Source: Patescibacteria group bacterium UBA926
GTDB taxonomy: Bacteria > Patescibacteriota > Doudnabacteria > UBA920
DNA: 55,089 nucleotides
Reading direction: 5' to 3'
Assembly: GCA_002293685.1 (NCBI GenBank)
Contig: DBDS01000004.1
Coordinates: 100,479 to 155,567 of the forward strand
The notes under the pieces were generated by a model. That model was not told the origin of the DNA. It worked only from the letters and a program-made list of their open reading frames with translations, and did not search any database. This document shows, piece by piece, positions 50,155 through 55,089 of the stretch. Numbering within the stretch: the stretch's first letter is position 1; each line of letters opens with the position of its first letter. Position numbers and translations under genes: made by a program.

Positions 50155-50901
50155 TTAAATTTGATAATCACCAATCGAAGTTCGCTTTAGCTGATAGAGC
50201 AGTGCTGGGCAATTTAATTTCTTACCGAGCTCGACCGCGAGAGTGCGAATGTATGTTCCGCTGGAGACTTGGAAGTTAATATCTAGAATAGTTAGCTCGT
50301 CGCCTGATTTAAACTGCTGGTTTAACTTCTCCCACGAATTGAAAACTTCTGTTTGTCTGAAATCGCCGGACAGTTTATTAATAGCGGTAGTTGCGTATTG
50401 AAATATATTTTTCCATTGTTCGGGGGAGTTGCTAGTAAGTTCCGCGGATAATACCGTCATCTCACGAGTAGGGATTGTAATCTGATCTTGCTTGTTTTCT
50501 TTGGTCCACAACCAAAGCGGCTTGCCATCTACAGTCTTGGACGAAAATGCAGGATAAGGGAGTTGGTGTATACCAATCAGTGAGCTCACAGCGGTTTGAA
50601 TTTCGAATTCGGTTGGCCGTGTAAATTCTTCAGAAGAAACCAAACCCAAAATATCATAGCTATCCGAATTCACGCCGAGCAATATCTTCGCTTCGTAAGT
50701 TTTAGGCAAAGCCAAAAATTGTTCCTTTTGGTGCACAGCATCGCCGATTAATAATAACAACAATCCTTCGGCCATCGGATCGAGTCGGCCTGCGTAAGTG
50801 ATTGACTTATTAGCAAGTTCTGGGTGTTGTTCGCGCAAAGCATCGATTGCTTCAAGCGGTGTTTGCCCTAGTAATTTATTTACAACAACAACTTCATTCA
50901 T
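50155..50901 (-). CDS. truB: tRNA pseudouridine-55 synthase-like (TruB family)
   Basis: It has the catalytic Asp motif AGRLDPMAEGLLLLLIG followed by KTYEAKILLG, and is 248 aa. Confidence 0.75.
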   Translation of the reverse strand: MNEVVVVNKLLGQTPLEAIDALREQHPELANKSITYAGRLDPMAEGLLLLLIGDAVHQKEQFLALPKTYEAKILLGVNSDSYDILGLVSSEEFTRPTEFEIQTAVSSLIGIHQLPYPAFSSKTVDGKPLWLWTKENKQDQITIPTREMTVLSAELTSNSPEQWKNIFQYATTAINKLSGDFRQTEVFNSWEKLNQQFKSGDELTILDINFQVSSGTYIRTLAVELGKKLNCPALLYQLKRTSIGDYQI

Positions 50902-50959
50902 TTGTTAATTTTAGCTGAGTCAACAGAGAAGAGGAAGAGTTTCGGTTTGCTTAACTCGA

Positions 50960-50968
50960 TGATATAAT
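50960..50968 (+). promoter_or_regulatory. extended -10 (TGATATAAT) ending 6 nt before the msrA ATG (leaderless-type)
   Basis: This was read directly. Confidence 0.5.
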
Positions 50969-50974
50969 CAAAGT

Positions 50975-51514
50975 ATGAATAATGGCTTGAAAACAGCAGT
51001 TTTTGCAGGGGGCTGTTTCTGGTGCACTGAAGCGGTTTATCAGAAGCTACGTGGCGTTACTGAAGTTATTCCAGGGTATACTGGTGGTCAGACGCAGAAC
51101 CCAACTTACGAGCAAGTTTCGAGTGGAGCAACAGGACACGCCGAAGCCATTCAATTTACTTTTGATCCCGGGCAAATTAGTTACGAAGATTTATTAAACG
51201 TGTTTTTCGCGACTCACGACCCGACTACATTGAATCGACAAGGAAATGACGTGGGCCCTCAATACCGCTCCGTCATTTTTTACACAAATGATGAACAGAA
51301 ACAACAAGCCGAAAAATTCGTTGCACAGTTAAGCGAAGATAAAGTTTTTCCCAATCCAATTGTTACTACAATTGAACCGCTAGGCGAATTTTACGAAGCA
51401 GAGGATTATCATAAAAATTATTACGAACGAAATTCAGGACAAGCATATTGTCAGTTAGTAATTTCACCCAAACTACATAAACTAAAAGAAAAGTTTGCGT
51501 CATTAATAAACTAA
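50975..51514 (+). CDS. msrA: peptide-methionine (S)-S-oxide reductase
   Basis: It has the GGCFWCTEAVY active site, HDPTTLNRQGNDVGPQYRS and EDYHKNYY. Confidence 0.9.
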   Translation: MNNGLKTAVFAGGCFWCTEAVYQKLRGVTEVIPGYTGGQTQNPTYEQVSSGATGHAEAIQFTFDPGQISYEDLLNVFFATHDPTTLNRQGNDVGPQYRSVIFYTNDEQKQQAEKFVAQLSEDKVFPNPIVTTIEPLGEFYEAEDYHKNYYERNSGQAYCQLVISPKLHKLKEKFASLIN

Positions 51515-51515
51515 A

Positions 51516-52202
51516 ATGAAGTTAAAATGTCCTGCTTGTAATGTGCAAATGAGTCATGTGAACACTCACTCACATTATAAAATTCCAATCGAGTTGGATC
51601 AGTGTAAAAAATGTGGAGGGGTTTGGTTTGATTCGTCAGAGTTATTTACTTCTCACTTTGAAGCTCATAAAGATTTACATGAAATTAACTCTAAACTGTT
51701 AAGTAAGGGAGTAATTCTGAAAAGTGATAAGTTACTTTGCCCAAGAGATAAAGTCCAGTTAAAGAGATATAAAGACTCGTCTTTTCCAGAAGAATTATTA
51801 TTGGAAAGTTGTGAAGTTTGTAACGGATTTTTTTTCAATCGAGTACACTTTGCGAATTATCAAAAGCTGCGTGTCAAAAAAGCCGTTGTCAAAGATATTT
51901 CCGACGATGCTTTAAAAGCAAAGATTCAGGTTTTACTGGAAGGACAGTCTGATAAAGCGTTTAATCAGACTATTGAAAAGGTTTCAAAAACATTAAAAAA
52001 ACCAGTTCCACCTATCGCCATTGCGTCATATGCACTTTTTGGTTTACCCGTCTTTATCTTATTCGCACTGACTATAGTTTTTAAAGAATTATTATTTAGC
52101 CTTTCGGGTTCTGATGTTAGGCTTAGAAAATCGAAGCACAAAGAAAAAAAACTTGCTTCAATGGTAGATTTCATTTTGACACCTGAGAATACTAAGAAGT
52201 AA
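51516..52202 (+). CDS. double zinc-ribbon protein with a C-terminal TM helix
   Basis: It has two CxxC...CxxC(G)xWF(D/N) modules (CPACNV..CKKCGGVWFD and CPRDKV..CEVCNGFFFN) and then a hydrophobic helix. Confidence 0.5.
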   Translation: MKLKCPACNVQMSHVNTHSHYKIPIELDQCKKCGGVWFDSSELFTSHFEAHKDLHEINSKLLSKGVILKSDKLLCPRDKVQLKRYKDSSFPEELLLESCEVCNGFFFNRVHFANYQKLRVKKAVVKDISDDALKAKIQVLLEGQSDKAFNQTIEKVSKTLKKPVPPIAIASYALFGLPVFILFALTIVFKELLFSLSGSDVRLRKSKHKEKKLASMVDFILTPENTKK

Positions 52203-52206
52203 AATT

Positions 52207-52539
52207 ATGACCGTCACACCAAGCTTTATAGAATATGTTTTGGTAGATTTGTTTGCGGGTGACCCTGCGATTACAGCGCGCCCGATGTTTGGTGCCGTTG
52301 GATTATATTTTGAGGGTAAAATTTTTGGAATCATTTCTGCGGATCAAGTTTACTTCAAAGCAGATAAATCGAATATTCGTAGCTTTGTCTCACGTGGAAG
52401 CGAACAATTTTCCTATATGAAAAATGGCATTGAGCATAGATTGCCATATTGGTTGTTACCAGCGGAAATTTTGGAAAATCCTCACTTGTTAATGAAGTGG
52501 GCAAAGAAATCCTCTATGATAGAATTAAATAGTAATTAA
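52207..52539 (+). CDS. TfoX N-terminal domain protein
   Basis: The motif RPMFGAVGLYFEGKIFGIISADQVYFKAD is typical of the TfoX_N domain. Confidence 0.7.
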   Translation: MTVTPSFIEYVLVDLFAGDPAITARPMFGAVGLYFEGKIFGIISADQVYFKADKSNIRSFVSRGSEQFSYMKNGIEHRLPYWLLPAEILENPHLLMKWAKKSSMIELNSN

Positions 52540-52549
52540 TTATAATTTT

Positions 52550-52918
52550 ATGAAACTAATTTTTCACTGGATTGTTTCCACTATCGCGATTTTAATCGCA
52601 GCTTACTTAATTCCTAATGTGGAAGTTGATACTTTTGTCACAGCGTTAATTTTGGCTGTTGTGCTTGGCGCTCTAAATATGTTGGTCAAACCAATTTTGC
52701 TTCTACTAACTTTCCCGATTACCATAATTACTTTAGGATTGTTCACAATTGTTATCAACGCCGCTTTAGTTTGGTTGGCTCAGTTGGTCGTTCCAGGATT
52801 CACTATCCAAAATTTTGGCTGGGCAATATTGTTCGCTCTTGTGCTATCAATTATTAATTTGGTGTTCCGACAGATGAACCGTTCAGATGACAAGCCAAGT
52901 TTTCGGGTGAATAATTAA
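52550..52918 (+). CDS. DUF360 / phage-holin-4_2 family membrane protein (YvlD-like)
   Basis: It has four TM helices and the motif VVLGALNMLVKPILLLLTFPITIITLGLF, characteristic of this family. Confidence 0.7.
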   Translation: MKLIFHWIVSTIAILIAAYLIPNVEVDTFVTALILAVVLGALNMLVKPILLLLTFPITIITLGLFTIVINAALVWLAQLVVPGFTIQNFGWAILFALVLSIINLVFRQMNRSDDKPSFRVNN

Positions 52919-52977
52919 TTGAGCCATTCCTTATTGTGGATTCGGATAGTAATTTTGTAATAACATTAGACTAGTTA

Positions 52978-53048
52978 GTACCCCCGGAAACCCGAAGGGT
53001 TATCCGGGGTCCAATCAATTCAGACCCCGGGTCTTCGCCCGGGGATAC
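52978..53048. repeat. convergent pair of hairpin elements (GTACCCCCGGAAACCCGAAGGGTTATCCGGGGTCC plus; GTATCCCCGGGCGAAGACCCGGGGT minus)
   Basis: This was read directly. Confidence 0.8.
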
Positions 53049-53078
53049 TAATCTTTCAGCAAGGAATGACACAATAGC

Positions 53079-53480
53079 ATGGATACAATAATAAAATCTG
53101 AAGATGAGTGGCGGAAGGATTTAACTCCTGAGCAGTATGCTATCTTGCGTGAGAAGGGCACCGAGCTACCGTTTACAGGAAAGTATGTAGATAATCACGA
53201 TGAAGGTTTTTATACCTGTGCTGCGTGTGGTCAGCAGTTGTTTTCTTCAGAAGCAAAGTTCGATTCTGGTACAGGTTGGCCAAGTTTCACTGACCCGATG
53301 AACTTAGAGCACGTGGAATTACTTGCTGATAATTCGCATGGTATGCGACGAACTGAGGTTATTTGTAAGCGCTGTGGTTCTCATCTTGGCCATTTGTTTA
53401 ACGACGGGCCGATAGATAAGGGTGGTAATCGTTACTGTATAAACTCCTGCGCATTAAATTTCGAAAAAAGTGACACGTAG
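53079..53480 (+). CDS. msrB: peptide-methionine (R)-S-oxide reductase
   Basis: It has two CxxC zinc sites ([18 protein letters not shown]) and the SelR motif GWPSF. Confidence 0.9.
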   Translation: MDTIIKSEDEWRKDLTPEQYAILREKGTELPFTGKYVDNHDEGFYTCAACGQQLFSSEAKFDSGTGWPSFTDPMNLEHVELLADNSHGMRRTEVICKRCGSHLGHLFNDGPIDKGGNRYCINSCALNFEKSDT

Positions 53481-53481
53481 T

Positions 53482-53659
53482 GTCATCCCTGGCGAGCCTG
53501 AGTAAGCGAAGGCGAGACCGGGGATCCAATGATAGATTCACTGTAAGCGCTTTGCGGTTCCGGGAATGACAGAGTTTCGTGATATAATACTCAAGTTATT
53601 AAAGATTAGATTCCGGATAGTTCAATCCCGCGTTGCGGGATTTTCGCTTCCGGAATGAC
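53482..53659. repeat. three hairpin elements (one plus at 53482-53527; two minus, ending at 53570 and 53659, the latter nested)
   Basis: This was read directly. Confidence 0.75.
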
Positions 53660-53669
53660 AAGGGAGTTT

Positions 53670-54020
53670 ATGAACGAATTACAAACAGTCTTTGGACGCA
53701 TGAAAGAAACGCGTCAGAAGCAAAAAGAAATCCGCGCGATGTATAAAGATCAACTAGTGGGAAATCAGGAATATCAGAACATCATAGATAAATTGAACGA
53801 GCTCAAAGAAAAGAAAAAAATGATTGAGAACGAGATTCAGAATGAAATGGAAGCGGACTTTCAAAAATTAGATGCCTATAAAATGCACTTGGTGAACGAT
53901 CAAGAACTTTTAGCCGACCTAGCATTAAATCAATTGGTGTCTGGTGAGACTGTAGAAATTGTTGACGAGAATGATCAAAAGTATGAACCAATCTTCAGCG
54001 TTAAATTCAAAAAAGTTTAA
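53670..54020 (+). CDS. hypothetical coiled-coil protein (start moved out of the repeat element)
   Basis: The track start at 53655 lies inside a hairpin element (GGAATGACA). The ATG at 53670 follows AAGGGAG. The terminator-like hairpin at 54030-54066 follows the stop. Confidence 0.5.
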   Translation: MNELQTVFGRMKETRQKQKEIRAMYKDQLVGNQEYQNIIDKLNELKEKKKMIENEIQNEMEADFQKLDAYKMHLVNDQELLADLALNQLVSGETVEIVDENDQKYEPIFSVKFKKV

Positions 54021-54357
54021 TACTACTAAAAAACCTCTCAACCTTTTCCGGTTAGAGGTTTTGCGTTTGATTACAGAATACACTTCGGAGTTAAATGTTC
54101 AGTGTAAGCAGATCAAACTGAAGTCTCTTCGCAGCAGATGGGGGAGTTGCACGCGCGCTGGTGTGATTACAATCAATCTCAAACTGAACGAACTGCCTTC
54201 CGAACTACTTTCTTATGTTGTGTATCACGAATGCTTGCATCTAATTTATCACAACCACGGCGCGGAGTTTCAATCAAAGCTCTCTTCAAAATTTCCTCAG
54301 AAGAGGGAATTAAATAAAGCTCTGAAAGTTTTAGGAACTCAGTTACTTCGCAAATAA
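53959..54357 (+). CDS. YgjP/DUF45-like HExxH metallopeptidase, C-terminal domain only (probably truncated; start uncertain)
   Basis: The sequence SRWGSCTRAGVITINLKL...YVVYHECLHLIYHNHGAEF matches the WGSC...HExxH...H core of DUF45. The annotated 5' part overlaps the upstream gene and spans its terminator hairpin. Confidence 0.5.
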   Translation: MLTRMIKSMNQSSALNSKKFNTTKKPLNLFRLEVLRLITEYTSELNVQCKQIKLKSLRSRWGSCTRAGVITINLKLNELPSELLSYVVYHECLHLIYHNHGAEFQSKLSSKFPQKRELNKALKVLGTQLLRK

Positions 54358-54390
54358 AAAACCGTCCTTTATACGAAGGGCGGTTTTTCT

Positions 54391-54452
54391 GGATCCCGGA
54401 TAGCCCTTCGGGCTTCCGGGATGACATTTGAGGTTCGGGCTTCCGGGATGAC
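54391..54452 (-). repeat. hairpin element with a duplicated head (minus strand AACCTCAAATGTCATCCCGGAAGCCCG x2 ..AAGGGCTATCCGGGATCC)
   Basis: This was read directly. Confidence 0.85.
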
Positions 54453-54495
54453 ATTTGAGGTTAGGACTAATGAGGGCAGGACGCGGTAAATTGTA

Positions 54496-54999
54496 TTAGA
54501 GTACTTCGAATGAAGTCATTACTGCTGAACCTTCAGACATTACCGGTAAATCGGTTGTGGCGCTGAATCTACCATCGCCATCATCGTAATGAAGCATTGC
54601 GATGTAAGTTTTCCCACTAGAAATATTTACATTAAGTTCTAAATCTTGACCACGATTATTTGTAAGTAATCCAGATTGGCCGATGATTCTTCCTGCACTG
54701 CCATCCGCATTGGCTTCATGAATTACAATGAAGCCTGGTCGGCTAAGTACAAAATTATCTACTGTTACGAAACTTCCAGCGGATTGACTTGAAACAGCAA
54801 CCGCATCGCCATTAGGAAGTTGGTTAGTAGCGCTTCCTTCTGGGATTGGTTGATTAGGATCATCCATAGGGACTTCTTCGGTGTTTGAATCGTTAGTGTT
54901 AGTTGGAGCGGTGGCTTCGTTGCCTTGAGTGACAAACCACCAGACAAGAACGACTCCTAGAATGACTGCGATTGCAATCCAGATATTTTTATTGTTCAT
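54496..54999 (-). CDS. membrane-anchored extracytoplasmic protein (DUF7282-like beta domain)
   Basis: It has an N-terminal TM helix (IWIAIAVILGVVLVWWFV), a low-complexity linker, and then the motif GFIVIHEANADGSAGRIIG...AMLHYDDGDGRF. Confidence 0.55.
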   Translation of the reverse strand: MNNKNIWIAIAVILGVVLVWWFVTQGNEATAPTNTNDSNTEEVPMDDPNQPIPEGSATNQLPNGDAVAVSSQSAGSFVTVDNFVLSRPGFIVIHEANADGSAGRIIGQSGLLTNNRGQDLELNVNISSGKTYIAMLHYDDGDGRFSATTDLPVMSEGSAVMTSFEVL

Positions 55000-55089
55000 A
55001 TTTTTAAGATTAATTGTATATACATTATAGCACTATATTTTTCGAGTTATTTGTGGAGATTATTATACTACGTATTCTTAACAATAGCT

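Noticed and set aside
1-55089. Alternative genetic code (UGA recoding, as in some candidate phyla).
   Set aside because: Conserved genes end at TGA where expected (for example mrdA at 7305-7307 and serS at 12490-12492). No conserved gene appears broken by in-frame TGA, so the standard code 11 fits.

Overview
This is a 55-kb stretch of a low-GC bacterial chromosome (about 33-40% G+C on hand-counted lines) with short, tightly packed genes. The gene content fits a reduced, Gram-positive-type or Patescibacteria/CPR-like organism, but that is inference only. Supporting traits are a ProRS without an editing domain, a RibL/TagD-like nucleotidyltransferase, a sortase, many GT-C and GT2 envelope enzymes, and promoters that abut start codons. 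The genetic code looks standard: TGA is used as a stop.

Gene order:
- **Housekeeping block:** frr (5' truncated), rseP, proS, mreB-mreC-mreD-mrdA, folD, greA, lysS, ITPase, serS, murF and an FtsQ-like gene.
- **Envelope glycosylation region (about 14.9-39.1 kb):** two GT-C mannosyltransferase-like genes, a processive GT2, a WecA/MraY-like GT4, rplU, rmlBCD/rmlA, two GT2 genes, a sortase-domain protein, a GtrB-like GT2, an S8 protease, a repeat protein, a Wzx-like flippase and a cytidylyltransferase-like gene. A distinctly GC-richer two-gene secreted cassette (30.2-32.0 kb) interrupts it.
- **Regulatory and small genes:** an ECF sigma with an anti-sigma-like partner, TspO and a rhodanese.
- **Accessory island (about 43.4-47.5 kb):** a tRNA-like gene inside a processing-type stem, a structured minus-strand RNA unit, an IS1595-type transposase remnant and a HaeIII-like C5-methyltransferase/restriction pair.
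- **Remaining genes:** SRPBCC, BI-1, SPFH, truB, msrA, TfoX-N, DUF360, msrB and a truncated DUF45.

The most striking unexplained signal is a family of roughly 30 miniature hairpin elements (GTCAT-YC...GR-ATC). They show compensatory covariation, nesting, head duplications, a seven-copy array, and in-frame insertions inside serS and the anti-sigma-like gene. No rRNA and no CRISPR array were seen.
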